NCBI RefSeq assembly: GCF_902713615.1
Contig: NW_024056027.1
Span: 186,001 to 250,000, forward strand
Source of the DNA: Scyliorhinus canicula
Taxonomy: Eukaryota
Direction: 5' to 3'
DNA: 64,000 bases
Part shown: positions 45,435 to 59,502 of the stretch, one piece after another
Numbering within the stretch: position 1 is the first letter of the stretch
How the letters are laid out: the number at the start of each line of letters is the position of its first letter
The notes under the pieces: generated by a model
Database searches by the model: none
What the model was told of the DNA's origin: nothing
The model's input: the letters and a program-made list of their open reading frames with translations, nothing else
Position numbers and translations under genes: made by a program

Positions 45435-48400
45435 CTATCTCTGAGCCAAAAAGTCGAGGAAAGGCTGCCACCGCCTGAAGAACCCTTGTACCGACCCTCT
45501 CAGGGCGAATTTAACCCTTTCCAACTGAATAAAGCTTGCCATGTCATTAATCCAAGTTTCCACGCTTGCAGGCCTCGCGTCCTTCCACTGTAATAGTATC
45601 CTTCTTCGAGCAACTAGGGACGCAAAGGCCAGTACTCCGGCCTCTCTCGCCTCCTGTACCCCCGGCTCCACCCCAACCCCAAAGATCGCAAGTCCCCATC
45701 CTGGTTTGACCCTGGATCCCACCACCCTCGACACTGTCCTTGCCACCCCCTTCCAGAACTCCTCCAGTGCCGGACATGCCCAAAACATATGGACATGGTT
45801 CGCTGGACTTCCCGAACACCTGACACATCTGTCCTCACCCCCAAAGAACCGACTCATCCTTGTCCCCGTCATATGGGCTCTATGTAGCACCTTAAATTGA
45901 ATGAGGCTAAGCCTCGCACACGAGGAGGAAGAATTAACCCTCTCCAGGGCATCAGCCCATGTCCCATCCTCTATCTGTTCTCCCAGCTCCCCCTCCCACT
46001 TGGCTTTCAGCTCCTCTACTGATGCCTCCTCCGCCTCCTGCATTACTTTGTAGATGTCCGATATCCTCCCCCCTCTGACCCAGACCCCCGAGAGCACCCT
46101 ATCACCCGCCCCCCTACTGGGGAGCAAGGGAAACCCTTCCACCTGGCGTCTAGCAAATGTCTTCACCTGCAAATGTCTAAACATGTTTCCCGGGGGGAGC
46201 CCGAATTTCTCCTCCAGCTCTCTCAGGCTCGCAAACCTCCCATCTACAAACAGATCCTTCAGCTGCCTGATGCCCACCCTGTGCCAGCTCTGAAATCCCC
46301 CGTCCATGTTCCCCGGGATGAATCTATGGTTCCCTCTTAACGGTGCCTCCATCAGACCTCCCACTTCCCCCCTGTGTCGCCTCCACTGCCCCCAGATCTT
46401 GAGGGTGGCCGCCACCACCGGGCTCGTGGTGTACCTCGTGGGAGGGAGCGGCCATGGCGCCGTTACTAGGGCCCCCAGGCTTATGTTGCCACAGGACGCC
46501 CTCTCCATTCGTTTCCAAGCTGCCCCCTCCCCTTCCATCATCCACTTGCGCACCATCGATACATTTGCCGCCCAGTAATACCCCGAAAGATTGGGTAATG
46601 CCAGCCCTCCACTATCCCTACTCCGCTCCAAGAAGACCCTCCTCACCCTTGGGGTGCCGTGCGTCCACACGTAACTCATGATGCTACTCGTCACCTTTTT
46701 GACAAGGCCCTAGGGAGGAAGATGGGCAAGCACTGAAATAAAAACTAAAACCTCGGGAGGACCGTCATTTTAACGGACTGCACTCTGCCCGCCAGCGACA
46801 GCGGCACCATGTCCCACCTTTTAAATTCCTCCTCCATCTGTTCCACCAGCCTGGAGAAGTTCAGCTTGTGGAGAGTCCCCCAGTTCCTTGCCACCTGCAC
46901 CCCTAAATATCTAAAACTCTTTCCTGCTCTCTTAAACGGGAGTCTCCCGATTCCCTCTTCCTGGTCCCCTGGGTGTATCACAAATACCTCACTCTTGCCC
47001 AAGTTTAGCTTGTACCCCGAAAAGTCCCCAAATTCTGCTAGCAGTTCCATCACCTCCGGCATTCCCCCTTCTGGGTCTGCCACGTATAGCAGCAGGTCGT
47101 CCGCGTACAGCGATACCCGGTGCTCCTCCCCGCCCCTTGTCAGCCCTCTCCACCCCCCTGAGCCCCTCAGTGCCATCGCCAACGGTTCAATTGCCAGTGC
47201 GAAGAGCAGGGGGGACAAGGGGCACCCCTGTCTGGTCCCCCGGTGGAGCCCAAAATACTCCGATCTCCTACCATTCGTCACTACACTTGCCGTCGGGGCC
47301 GAATAGAGCAGCTTCACCCATTTAATAAATCCCTCCCCAAATCCAAACCGTTCCAGCGTCTCCCACAGGTACTTCCACTCCACCCTATCAAATGCTTTCT
47401 CCGCGTCCACTGCCACCACTATCTCCGCCTCACCCTCCACTGCCGGCATCATGATGACGTTTAGCAGTCTCCGCACGTTCGTATTAAGCTGCCGCCCTTT
47501 CACAAAACCCGTCTGGTCCTCGTGTATCACCCCTGGCACACAATCCTCTATCCTGGTAGCCAGGATCTTTGCCAGCAACTTGGCGTCCACATTCAGGAGC
47601 GAGATAGGCCTATATGACCCACACTGCACAGGATCCTTGTCCCGCTTCAAGATCAGAGAGATCAGTGCCTGCGACATTGTCGGGGGCAGAGCCCCCCCCT
47701 CCCATGCCTCGTTGAAGGCTCGTACCAGCACAGGGCCCACCAAATCTGCATATTTTTTGTAAAATTCCACCGGGAACCCGTCTGGCCCCGGCGCCTTCCC
47801 CGTCTGCATATGCCCAATCCCCTTGACTAGCTCCTCTAACCCTATCGGCGCCCCCAGCCCCTCTACCAGCTCCTCTTGGACCTTGGGGAACCTCAATTTG
47901 TTCAAGAAGCCCTCCATCCCCCCTCCCCTCGTCGGCGGCTCTGACCGATACAGCTCCTTATAGAAGTCTCTGAAGACCCCATTTACTTCTGGCCCCTTCT
48001 GCACTACGTTCCCACCCCTCTCCCTCACTCCCCCAATTTCTCTAGCCGCATCCCGCTTGCGGAGCTGGTGCGCCAACATCCTACTCGCCTTCTCCCCATA
48101 TTCATAAATCGCGCCCTGCGCCCTTCTCCACTGTGTCTCTGCCTTTCTGGTGGTCAACAGGTCGAACTTAGCCTGCAAACTGCGCCGTTCCCCCAACAGC
48201 CCCTCCTCTGGTGCCTCCGCATATCTCCTATCCACGTCCAAAAGCTCCCCCACCAGCCTCTCCCTCTCCTGTCTCTCCCTCCTTTCCCTATGTGCCCGTA
48301 TGGAGATCAGCTCCCCCCGGATCACCGCCTTCAGGGCCTCCCAGACCATCCCCACCTGCACCTCCCCCGTGTCATTAGTGTCCAGATATCTTTCAATGCT

Positions 48401-49228
48401 CTTCCGGACCCTCTTACACACCTCCTCATCCGCCAGCAACCCCATATCCAGGCGCCACAGCGGACGCTGGTCTCGCGCCTCCCCCATTTCCAAATCTACC
48501 CAGTGTGGCGCATGGTCTGAGACCGCTATGGCCGAGTACTCCACTTCCCGTACTTTCGGGATCAGTCCCCTGCTCAATACAAAGAAGTCAATTCTAGAAT
48601 AGACTCTGTGGACATGGGAGAAAAAGGAATACTCCCTCGCCCTCGGCCTCCCAAACCTCCAGGGATCTACCCCTCCCATCTGCTCCATAAACCCCTTTAA
48701 CACTTCTGCCGCTGCCGGCCTCCTACTCGTCCTTGAACTCGATCTGTCCAGCACGGGGTCCAGCACTGTGTTGAAGTCCCCCCCCATGATCAGGCCCCCT
48801 GCCTCCAGGTCCGGAATGAGGCCCAGTAGGCGCCTCATGAAGCCAGCGTCGTCCCAATTCGGGGCATACACATTAACCATCACCACTTTCTCCCCCTATA
48901 GCCTACCCTTCACCATGACATATCTACCCTCTTTATCCGCCACCACCTCCGCCGCCACGAACGACACCCTCTTCCCTACCAGGATCGCCACCCCCCGGTT
49001 CTTTGCGTCCAGTCCTGAGTGGAACACCTGTCCCACCCACCCCCTTCTCAGGCGGACCTGGTCCGCCACCTTCAAATGGGTCTCTTGTAGCATTGCTACA
49101 TCCGCCTTCAGTCCCTTCAAATGCGAGATTACTCTCGTTCTCTTGACCGGCCCATTCAGCCCCCTCACATTCCAAGTGATCAGCCGGGTCGAAGGGCAGC
49201 CCGCCCCTTTCCCCCGCTGACTAGCCAT
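45435..49228 (-). pseudogene. L1 ORF2 (EN-RT-Cys), inactivated
   Basis: TWNVRGLN, LQETH, GGDFN, QGCPLSP, YADD; in-frame TAG at about 48896 and 46745, plus a -1 frameshift near 46710. Confidence 0.9.
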
Positions 49229-49920
49229 ATCCTGTCACCTGCTCGCCCCGAGTCAGCCCTCCCCTTCTGACCCGCTCCCCATGGCGATGGCGCCCTCCCC
49301 CCACCCCTCCGGTCCTCAACTTCTCCTCCCTGGCCTTTTCAGCAGCAACCCGGTAGCCCCCCCTCCCCCCCCCCCCACCCCCCTCCCCCCCCCCAGGCTA
49401 GGACCCTTCCTAGCCGCGATGCACCCCCCATAGCACTTCCGTAAGTCAGCTGGTTTACGCTGACCTGGCTGCCCCTGCCACAATCCGACTCCTCCCGGCA
49501 TGGGGGACATCCCCCCCCTTACCACCCCTCCTTGACCCCGCTCCAGCGCGGGAAAGGGAGCCATTGCTGACCACGCCCCTTCCTCCCACCCTCCTCCCTC
49601 CTCTGCCCCGCGCGCGGGAAACCAGAGGAAAGCCCGCGCTTTCGCCCTGCCACTCCCCACCCCTCCATCTTCAGTTCCACCCCCGTCCCCGATCCCACAC
49701 CGATAAAAAAAAAAACCCCCACAAGAAACACATACCCCCGGCACTCCCCCCCCACCCCGCCCCCCCATCATAACATTATAAATAACAGAAAAAAGAAAAA
49801 AACTGGTAGAGAGAAAAAAAGGGGTCCAAAAATACAGCCAAGTGAAAATCCAACCAAAAGAAAGCCACGTGTCCAGCTTAAAGTACCAGAGCGGCAACGA
49901 CCGCCAAGTATCCCCTGGTT

Positions 49921-50691
49921 CTAGTTCGAGTCCAGCTTTTCTTCCTGGACAAAGGCCCACGCCTCCTCCGGGGACTCGAAATAGTGGTGCTGGTCCTTAT
50001 AGGTCACCCACAAGCGCGCTGGCTGCAGCATCCCAAATCTGATTCTCTTGGCATGGAGCACCGCCTTCGTCCGGTTGAACCGGGCCCGCCGCTTTGCCAC
50101 CTCCGCACTCCAGTCCTGGTAGATCCTCACCGTCGAGTTCTCCCATTTGCTGCTCCTCTCTCTCTTGGCCCACCTCAGCACCCTCTCCCGGTCACTGAGT
50201 CGCTGGAACCGAACCAGCACCGCCCTCGGGGGTTCGTTTGCTCTTGGCTTCCTGGCCATTACTCTGTAGGCCTCCTCCAGTTCCAGGGGCGAAGGGACGG
50301 CCCCTGCCCCCATCAGTGAGCCCAGCATTTCTGCCACATATCTCGGGAGGTCCGACCCCTCCAGCCCTTCTGCCAGGCCCAGGATCCTCAGGTTTTTCCG
50401 CCTCATGCGGGTATCCATCTCCTCCAGTTGGTTTTGCCATTTCAGGTGGAGTGCCTCGTGCACCTCCACCTTTCCCACGAGGACCGTGGCCTCCTCCTCC
50501 CTCACAGCCATCTCCTGCTGCAGCTCCCGAATTGACGCCTCTTGGGTCGCCTGGGCTCCCATCAGCCTGGTGGTCGTCGCGTTCATCGACTCCAGCAGCT
50601 CCACTTTCAGCTCCGTGAAGAAGCGCAGGAGAACGGCCTGCTGCTCCTCCGCCCATTTCCTCCAGTCCTCGGGTGCGCCGCCGGCCGCCAT
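49921..50691 (-). CDS. L1 ORF1p (coiled coil + RRM/CTD), intact
   Basis: MAAGGAPEDW...RMRRKNLRILGLAEG...PRAVLVRFQRLSDRERVL...YQDWS. Confidence 0.85.
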   Translation of the reverse strand: MAAGGAPEDWRKWAEEQQAVLLRFFTELKVELLESMNATTTRLMGAQATQEASIRELQQEMAVREEEATVLVGKVEVHEALHLKWQNQLEEMDTRMRRKNLRILGLAEGLEGSDLPRYVAEMLGSLMGAGAVPSPLELEEAYRVMARKPRANEPPRAVLVRFQRLSDRERVLRWAKRERSSKWENSTVRIYQDWSAEVAKRRARFNRTKAVLHAKRIRFGMLQPARLWVTYKDQHHYFESPEEAWAFVQEEKLDSN

Positions 50692-52310
50692 TTTGGGTTT
50701 CTTCCCCCGCTTTTTTCGGGGAGCTGCTGCCGCTTTTTTTTCTGCCCCACTTCGGGTGACGACCATAAGTTTTGCAGGGTTCTCCTCTGGGAACCTTCCC
50801 CCACCGGGAATCGTCGTTCCAGCGCCGTTAGGGGCCCTCCAATCGGCCCGAAAACACCTTCCTCGCAGGAGCAGCCAAACGTGCGACTTAGCTGGTCATA
50901 GCCGCAACCGGAAGTCTTTAAGGAGAATCTTAATGGAGAAATTGAGTCAGAGAGTGGGAGAGTTTTAAGGAGGAAATTCCAGAAATTGCGGCCTTGGCAA
51001 CACAGTATGGTGGAGAGATTAAAATCAGGAATTCTCAAGTGGCTGGAATTAAATGAGTGCAGAGATCTCAAAGGGGTGTGTGTGGAGGAGATTACAGTGA
51101 TCAGGATGATCACTACCATGGAGGAAAAGAAGAATGAGAAATTTAAACGTTTTTGTGCCTTTTAAAAGGAAACATTTACAGATCAGTGGGACAGGGGCTG
51201 GTGTGAGTAAGCACTTGGGTAGCAGAGTTTGGGATGGGATGGAGGGGGTTGTTTAATGTTGGAGTCCGGCTGCGAGTGCGTTGGAATAATTTGGTTGAGA
51301 GGTAACAGAAGAATGGATGATGGTTTCTGCAGCAGATGAACAGAGACTAAGGTGAAGTAGAGCTATGTTCCTGAGGTGGAAATCGGCAATCTTGGTGATG
51401 ATGTGGATATGTGGTTAAGAGCTCATCTAGGGGTGAAACATTTGACAGGAATGGAATTGGTAACAAGGGAGTGGAGTTTGTAGAGGGGATGAAAGGGAAT
51501 GGGTTCAGTCTTCTCAATATTTAAATGGAGGAAAGGTCTGCTCATCCAGCACTGGATGTCGGACAAGATCGGACTGTGTGTGGCTTGGAAAGGAATTTGC
51601 AGGTGGTGATGTTCACATACATCTGCTGTCCTGCTCCATCCAGGTGGTGGAGGTTATGTGTTTTGGAAATTCTGTCAAATTGTGATTCAGTTGTTGGTTC
51701 ATTGCTTCCTGTTACCCTCACTCAGTTCTCTCTCCCTTTCCATCAATCTATTTGATTCTCTCTTTCCCACTACTCACTCTCTTTCTCTCTCACTCTGTTT
51801 CTCACAAATAATTCTCCAGCCCAGAGGGTTGTGGATGATCATAATAATCATTATTGTCACAAGTAGGCTTACATTAACACTGCAATGAAGTTACTGCGAC
51901 CACCATTGAATATATTTAAGGCTGAGATGGTGAGATTTTGGTCTCTCAGGAAGTCAAAGGATATAGAAAGCTAACAGGAAAGTAGAATTGAAGACTGAGA
52001 TCAACGACAATCGTGTTCAATGGCAGAGCAGATTTTACGGGCCGAATGGTCTACTTCAGCTCCTATTTCTTGTGTTCTTGCAGAAGCCGGAATCTTGTGT
52101 GGGCTCAGGCCATGTGGCAGGTTCCCTTCCTTGAAGGACATTAACAAACTGGTTCACTTTTCACAAAAGGTTCAACAGTTTTCGTGGTCACTTTTCCCCA
52201 GAGCCGGCCCCACAAGTTACCAGATTCATTCAGCTCAATTTCACAACCTGCCTTTGTGTTTTGTGGGATCTCTCTCACTCCCTTTTTTCTGTTTTAAATC
52301 AATTTCACAG

Positions 52311-52790
<480 letters not shown>

Positions 52791-52870
52791 TCACTATCCG
52801 CCACCCCCCCCCCCCCTCCCCGCCTGCCCCTCCCCCCCAGTTTAGTCTGAGTTAGAAACTCAAGCAGGCG

Positions 52871-53002
52871 CTTCACTGCACACAGGTCACCGTGGAAACG
52901 CTGATAAGACATTCCTTCACTGCAGACAGGTCACCGTGGAAACACTGATAAGACATTCCTTCACTGCAGACAGGTCACCGTGGAAACGCTGATCAGACAT
53001 TC
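52871..53002. repeat. 44-bp tandem repeat x3
   Basis: cttcactgcagacaggtcaccgtggaaacgctgataagacattc starting at 52871, 52915, 52959. Confidence 0.9.
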
Positions 53003-53329
53003 CATTCCACAGAATCGACTCATTGGAAACTGTAATCGGATCGGGGAGGGGACAGAGTTTGTCTGTTATTAACCTCAACATAAACTTAAACCAGAGTGAA
53101 TAATAGAACAGATTAAATTCTAATATGTGATAGCTACAGTAATGGAATTATCAGTAATAATAGAATTAACAGGCAGGGTAGTTTAGGGTAAATGAGGAAA
53201 TTACTGAAGAAACGTAACTGCTGGGAACCAAGAATGTGTCCTTGTAAATCACAGATTGGAGAAATTCCTGCTGTCTTTTCCTCACTTGCTGCATGAACTG
53301 TGTTCTGTACTGGCCACCAAACCTCAGGA

Positions 53330-53570
53330 AAGATACATTGCACTTGGCAACAGTCCAGTATAGATTGACCGTGATGAAGTGAGGCTGGTGAACTGAGTGA
53401 ATCCCTTCCCACACACGGGGAACATTAACGGTATCTCCTCAGTGTGAACAGGTTGATCAATCTCCAGGTCTGATTAAATCTATTCCACAATCCCCAGATT
53501 TCCAAGGTTTCTTTCAGCGTGACTACATATCGTTTGAAAGGTCAGACCATTGGCTACAATATTATCCACA
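53330..53570 (-). pseudogene. Highly decayed ZNF remnant
   Basis: aaaccttggaaatctggggattgtgg; gttcacactgaggag; gtgtgggaagggattcactcag. Confidence 0.65.
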
Positions 53571-53574
53571 TTCA

Positions 53575-54560
53575 GAACACGGGAACTGTTTCTCCCGCAT
53601 TGAACAGGGTCTTTGAACAACGAACAATACAGCACAGGAACAGGCCCTTCGGCCCCCCAAGCCTGTACCGGTCATGATACCAACCTTTGCCAAAACCTTC
53701 AACACTTCCTTGTGCTGTATCCCTCCATACCCATCCTATCCATGTGTTTGTCAAGATGCCTTTTGAACGCCATTAATGTATCTGTTTCCACAACCTTCCC
53801 TGGCAATGCGTTCCAGACACTCACCACCCTCTGCATAAAAAAACCTGCCTCGCACATCTCCTCTAAACTTTGCCCCATGGACCTTAAACCTATGTCCCCT
53901 GGTGACTGACCCCTCCACCCGAGGAAAGAGTGCCTGCCCATCCACTCTAATAATGCCCCTCATAATCTTGTCGACCTCTATCAGGTCACCCCTCAGCCTC
54001 CGTCTTTCTAACGAAAACAGTCCAAGTCTATTCAGCCTCTCCACATCGCTAACACCCTCCAGAGTAGGCAACATCCTGGTAAACCTTGCCTGCACCCTCT
54101 CCAAATCCTCCAAATTCTTCTGGTCCTGTGGTGACCAGAATTGTGGACAATATTCCAAGTGTGGCCTTAACAAGGTTCTACACGACTGTAGCATGACTTG
54201 CCAGTTTTTATACTTGATGCCCCGTCCAATGAAGGCAACCGTTCCATCTGCTTTCTTGAGTAACTTGTCCATGTGTGTTGCCAACTTCAAAGATCTGTGC
54301 ACATGCACACACTCTGACTTTATATATTCCTCGGAGTTTTGACATTTACGGTATATTTCCCCTCATAATATAATAATATTTTCCTTAACCAGTAATGCTA
54401 CACCCCCACCCCTTTTACATCCCTCTCTATCTCTCCTGAAGCATCTATATCCTCCAACATTCAGCTGCCAATCCTGCCCTTCTTTAAACATGTTTCTGTG
54501 ATAGCCACAACATCGTAATTGCAAGTACTCATAAGTGCTCTAAGTTCATCTGCCTCCCCG
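53575..54560 (-). mobile_element. CR1 RT 3' fragment
   Basis: LLRPHLEYCPQFWSP...LERRRLRGDLIEV. Confidence 0.9.
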
Positions 54561-54944
54561 CTACACTTCTGGCGTTGAAACAAATACTCTTCAAACCACT
54601 ATGTTTGAGCAGACAGGGTGAAGTTCTCTTATTTTTGTTCTCCAATTCCCCTTCAGTTATTAGACTTTCTACGCTAACGCTCTGGTTCCCACCCCACTGC
54701 TGTACTAGTTTAAATCCTCCCGAGTGACTCCAGCAAACCTCCCAGCCAGGATATTGGTGCCCCTCCGTTTTAGATGCAACACATCCTTCTTGTACATTTC
54801 GAGGATGACAACTACTCAGTCATGTGTTTCTCTTGTAGTCTTTCTGTGATTGGAGAAATTGTTTCTCGACCCACAGATCTTTGGCAGAGGTCCCTCTCTG
54901 CCACTCTCTGCCTCTTCATTGAGGTGTTGGAATTCAAAAGTAAT

Positions 54945-55180
54945 AATAATCTTTATTATTGTCACACGTGGGCCTACTTTATCACTGCAATGAAGTTTCT
55001 GTGAAAATCCCCTAGTCGCCACACTCCGGCGCCTGTTCGGATGACTAATTCACCCAACAAGTACGTCTTTGAGGGAGAATGTGCAGACTCTGCACAGACA
55101 GTGACCCAAGTGGGAATTGAACCCGGGATCCTGGGGCTCTGAAGCGACAATGCTAACCACTGTGCTAACATGCTGCCCTA
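54945..55180 (-). mobile_element. tRNA-derived SINE
   Basis: gggcagcatgttagcacagtggttagc head; tgacaataataaagattattatt tail. Confidence 0.8.
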
Positions 55181-55189
55181 ATGATGCAG

Positions 55190-57575
55190 TTTGATGGGCA
55201 CGTTGTCACGATAGTGACTGATTGGCAGCTATGAGTCAGAAGCTGAGGAGCATAATGTGGGGACAATTGTTCTTGGGAAAATGCAGAACAGTGATGTGGT
55301 GGTTGTTTAAGGAGCACTTGCTGTGAGTGGTGGATACGTTTGTCCCACTGAGGCAAGGAAGGAATGGTAAGGTGAAGGAGTCTTGGATGACAAGAGAATT
55401 GGAGCTTCTAGTCAAGAGGAATAAGGAAGCTTACGTAAGGTTGAGGAAGCAAGGTTCCAGCACAGCTCTAGAGGGTTACAAGTTAGCCAGGATGCAACTC
55501 AAAAATGGACTGAGGAGAGCTAGAAGGGTGCATGAAAAAGCCCTGGTGGGAAGGATTAGGGAGAACCCCAAGGCGTTCTGCACTTCTGTGAGAAGTAAGA
55601 GAATAATCAGAGTGAGATTGGGCCGATCAGGGATAGTGGAGGGAACATGTGCCTAGAATCTGAGGAGATGGAGGAGGGCCTAAATGAATATTTTGCTTCA
55701 GTTTTAATGAGAGAGAGGGACCTTGTTGCTCATAAGAACGGCGTGAACCAGGTTAATAGACTCAAACAGGTTGACACTAAGAAATAGGATGTGCTGGAGG
55801 ATGTGCAGGATAGATAAGTTCCCTGGGCCTGACAGAATATACCCAAGGTTACTATGGGAAGTGACGGAGGAGATTGCTGTGCCGTTGACAATGATCTGTG
55901 CGTCCTCGCTCTCCACTGATTGGTACCAGATGATTGGAGGGAGGCAAATGTTGTTCCCCTGTTCATGAAAGGGAATAGGGAAATCCCTGGGAATTACAGA
56001 CCCATCAGTCTTACGTCTGTGGTGAGCAAATTATTGGAAAGGATTCTGAGAGATAGGATTTATGATGATTTAGAAAACCATAGTTTGATTAAAGATAGTC
56101 TGCATGGATTTGTGAAAATGAAAATTAAATGAAAATCGCTTATTGTCACAAGTAGGCTTCAAATTAAGTTACTGTGAAAAGCCCCTAGTCGCCACATTCC
56201 AGCGCCTGTTCGGGGAGGCTGTTACAGGAATTGAACCGTGCTGCTGGCATACCTTGGTCTGCTTTAAAAGCCAACAATTTAGCCCAGTGTGCTAAACCAG
56301 CCCCTGAGTGGGCTTAGAGTGACAGAGGGGCAGGTCATGGCTCACAAGACTCATTGAATTGTTTGAGGATGTGACGAGACACATTGATGAAGATCAGGCA
56401 GTGGATGTGGCGTAAATAGATTTCAGTAAGACATTTGATCAAGTTCCTCATGGTAGACTCATTCAGAAAGTTAGGGATGCATGGGATACAGGGAAATCTG
56501 GCTGTCTGGATACAGAATTGGCTGGCCAATAGAAAACAGCAGGTAGTAGTGGCTGGAAAGTATTCCGCCTGGTGGTCGGTGACCAGTGGTGTCCTGCAGG
56601 GATCTGTTCTTGGACCTCAGCTCTTTGTTGTTTTTATAAATGACTTGGATGAGGGAGTGGAAGGGTGGGTTAGTACGTTTGCCGATGACACAAAGTTTGG
56701 GGGAGTTGTAGATAGCGTTGAGGACTGATGCAGGTTACAACAGGACATTGACAGGATGCAGAGCTAGGCTGAGAAGTGGCAGATGGACTTCAACCTAGAT
56801 AAATGTGAAGTGATTCATTTTGGAAGATCGAATTTGAGTGCTGAATATAGAGTTCAAAGGCAGGATTCTTGGAAGTGTGGAGGAATAGAGGGATCTTGGG
56901 GTCCACGTACATAGATCCTTCAAAGTTGCCACCCAGGTTGATAGGTTTGTTAAGCGGGCATGTGGTGTGTTGGCTTTCATTAACGGGGGAGTGAGTTTCA
57001 GAGCCGCGAGGTTTTGCTGCAGCTTTATAAAACCCTGGTTAGACCACACTTGGAATATTGTATCCAGTTCTGGTCGCCTCATTATAGGAAGGATGTGGAT
57101 GCTTTGGAGAGGGTACAGAGGGAATTTATCAGGTTGCTGCCTGAACTGGAGGGCATGACTTATGAAGAAAGGTTGAGGGAGCTAGGCTTTTCTCAATAGA
57201 GCGAAGAAGGAAGAGAGGTGACTTGATAGAGGTGTACACGGTGATGAGACACATGGATAGAGTGGATAGGCAGAGACTTTAGCCCAGGGCAGAAATGGCT
57301 GTCATGAAGGGACATAATTTTAAGGAGGAAGATATAGGGGAGATGTCAGAGGTAGGTTCTTTACACAGAGAGCGGTGGGTGCGTGGAATGCACTGCCAGC
57401 AGAGGTGGTGGAGTCAGAGTCATTGGGGACTTTTAAGCGACTCTTGGACAGGCATATGGACAGCAGTAAATTGAAGGGGTGTAGGTTAGGTTGATCTTAA
57501 TTTAGGATAAGTGGTCGGCATAACATCGTGGGCCAAAGGGCCTGTATTGTGTTATACTGTTCCATGTTCTAAACT
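55190..57575 (+). mobile_element. Decayed CR1 ORF2 (~2.4 kb) with a nested minus-strand short SINE (56114-56304)
   Basis: PGPDRIYPRLL, GNYRPISLTSVV, QGSVLGP, FADDTK, PHLEYCIQFWSP, CR1 3' tail. Confidence 0.9.
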
Positions 57576-58003
57576 CTTCCCAGTCATTATGGTCAATACG
57601 TGGGGAGTGAACAGGAGTGGAGTAACTTCAGAGACAGGCAAGGCAGCACCCACTTATTGGCCTTGACTAGAACATCAGCTTTCTCAGCAATGTTTCTCCA
57701 AAGTTCTTAAACCACTCAAAGGAAGGAAGCACAGGTTCAGGTGCTGATGGAGATTCTGGTGCATCCTCAGTCACCAATAGTAATTATATATAAAGTCGAG
57801 GTCTTGAAATATGTGAACGTATGATCAATAAGTTTGCAAATGGAAAATTGTTGGTGTGGTAACTAGTGAGGAGAAAAGTCTTAAATTACAGGATGATACA
57901 GATAGGTGGGTCATATGTGCAGAACACTGGCAAATGGAATTAAAGCAGGAAAAGTGGCAGCTCTGGTACAGGGTCAGTACAGACATGGTGTGCCGAGTGA
58001 GAT

Positions 58004-58190
58004 CTGAAATGAAATGAAATGAAAATTGCTTATTGTCACAAGTATGCTTCAAATGAAATTACTGTGAAAAGCCGCCAGTTGCCACATTCCGGCGCCTGTT
58101 CGGGGAGGCTGTTGCGAGAATCAAGCCGTGCTGCTGGCCTCCCCTGGTCTGCTTTCAAAGCCAGCGATTTAGCCCTGTGCTAAACAGCTC
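58004..58190 (-). mobile_element. Short (TTTCA)n-tailed SINE
   Basis: (gaaat)n + attgcttattgtcacaag...cacattccggcgcctgttcgggg. Confidence 0.85.
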
Positions 58191-58719
58191 CACATAACTG
58201 TGCTGGATCATTCTAGCAAAATTGAACATTCAGTTTCACGAGCAAGAGGGAAGAAGATAGAGGAATTACTGATTCTGGGATTGAACCCTGCAAGAGTTGC
58301 ATCTTCTGGGGAGGGGAGGAAGGACCCATTGGGAAAAAACCTTAAGTTCTGCATTGTTCCTCAGAAGAGCAGCATTTAATCATTTTGAGAAATAGAGAAT
58401 AGCAGAATACCCATTGATAATAGTTTACTTGATTATTTGTGTTAATTAGGAAACAAATTATTTTGTATTAACTGTTTGCGCTTTCAATGGTGCTGGTATT
58501 ACCCAACATCCCCTGCGGCTGTGAATGTACCCTATTCACTCCACAGGAGCCCACTGCGCAGACGCAATGCTGGGCTGTCCCTGGAGCATTCGCAGTGTCA
58601 CTTTGCTGGGAGGTCTGCCAGTGCGGGAGCGGCTGTTTGGGGCGGTGAGGTGGAGGGAGTAATGGAGCCGGGGGTCGGGGCGGGGAGGGAGTGAAGGCTT
58701 CATAAACACCCCCTGCTGA

Positions 58720-59450
58720 TCACAAGGCCGGACTAAAACCCTGCAAATCCCGCGTTTGAGCTGCGGAGCTTTTATCCGGTATCAGGCCCAATACCACGGC
58801 CGCCATCTTTGTTTAGCGGCGCGGCTGAGGGGCCATTGTGATGACGTAACAGAGGCGGTGCTTCAGGAAAAAAACAACACTTATTAGAACAGGCACTGTG
58901 TTTGTTACTCTCAAAGTGAGTGAATCCTTTGCTATTTCTCCTCTGGGCCCCATCTCCACTATTATTGTCTGATTGTCCCAGTGAGACTCTCACTGTTATT
59001 ATTGGCCAATCAGCGAGTCAGCCTGAGCCTTTGTGGCCGCTCTCACCATCAGTAACCGTCACAATGCCCGGGTGATTGACGCCGGCCAATAGGAAGAGGA
59101 GGGACGGGACTGGAGGACTGACCGGGAGTGGCTGGTCCTCCAACCAATCGGAGTGAACGAGGGGCGGGGCCCGCTGTGATTGAAGCGTGCGCAGTGTGGG
59201 TAATGGCGAAGGATACGTGTGTGTTCTTCAGGTCCGGAATTGGTAAGGGGCGTTTAACAATATGAAGGGAGCGAGAGGTTGTGGGAGTGGGCGGAAACGT
59301 TGTGTAAAGATGTAGTGAGCCGCAATCCTCGGAAAAGTTACGGGACCCCGTTTGTACCGAGCGGAGCTGCAGCTCCTCATGTTAGGCTCAGGGTAACGGC
59401 CGCCATCTTTATTGGATGTGCATCAGGGCGCATGCGCGTTTCTCATCTTT
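58720..59450. promoter_or_regulatory. CpG-rich promoter cassette 3, paralogous to cassette 2
   Basis: tggtcctccaaccaatcggagtgaa shared with 44060-44090; GCCGCCATCTTT at 58799 and 59399; TGACGTAA near 58842; GCGCATGCGC near 59429. Confidence 0.7.
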
Positions 59451-59502
59451 GTCGGGGTGATGTTTCAATGAGTGGGAGGGGCTTGTTCCCCATTGTTCAG
59501 AA

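Larger units (their letters stand above)
45132..50916 (-). mobile_element. L1-clade LINE 3, full length (~5.8 kb)
   Basis: 15-bp TSD tttaaggagaatctt (45117-45131 / 50917-50931); 5' end GACTTCCGGTTGCGG; ORF1, inter-ORF spacer, ORF2, AATAAA + poly(A). Confidence 0.97.

Noticed and set aside
46809-50968. Plus-strand ORFs antisense to L1 ORF1/ORF2
   Set aside because: GC-rich antisense shadows with no recognisable domains
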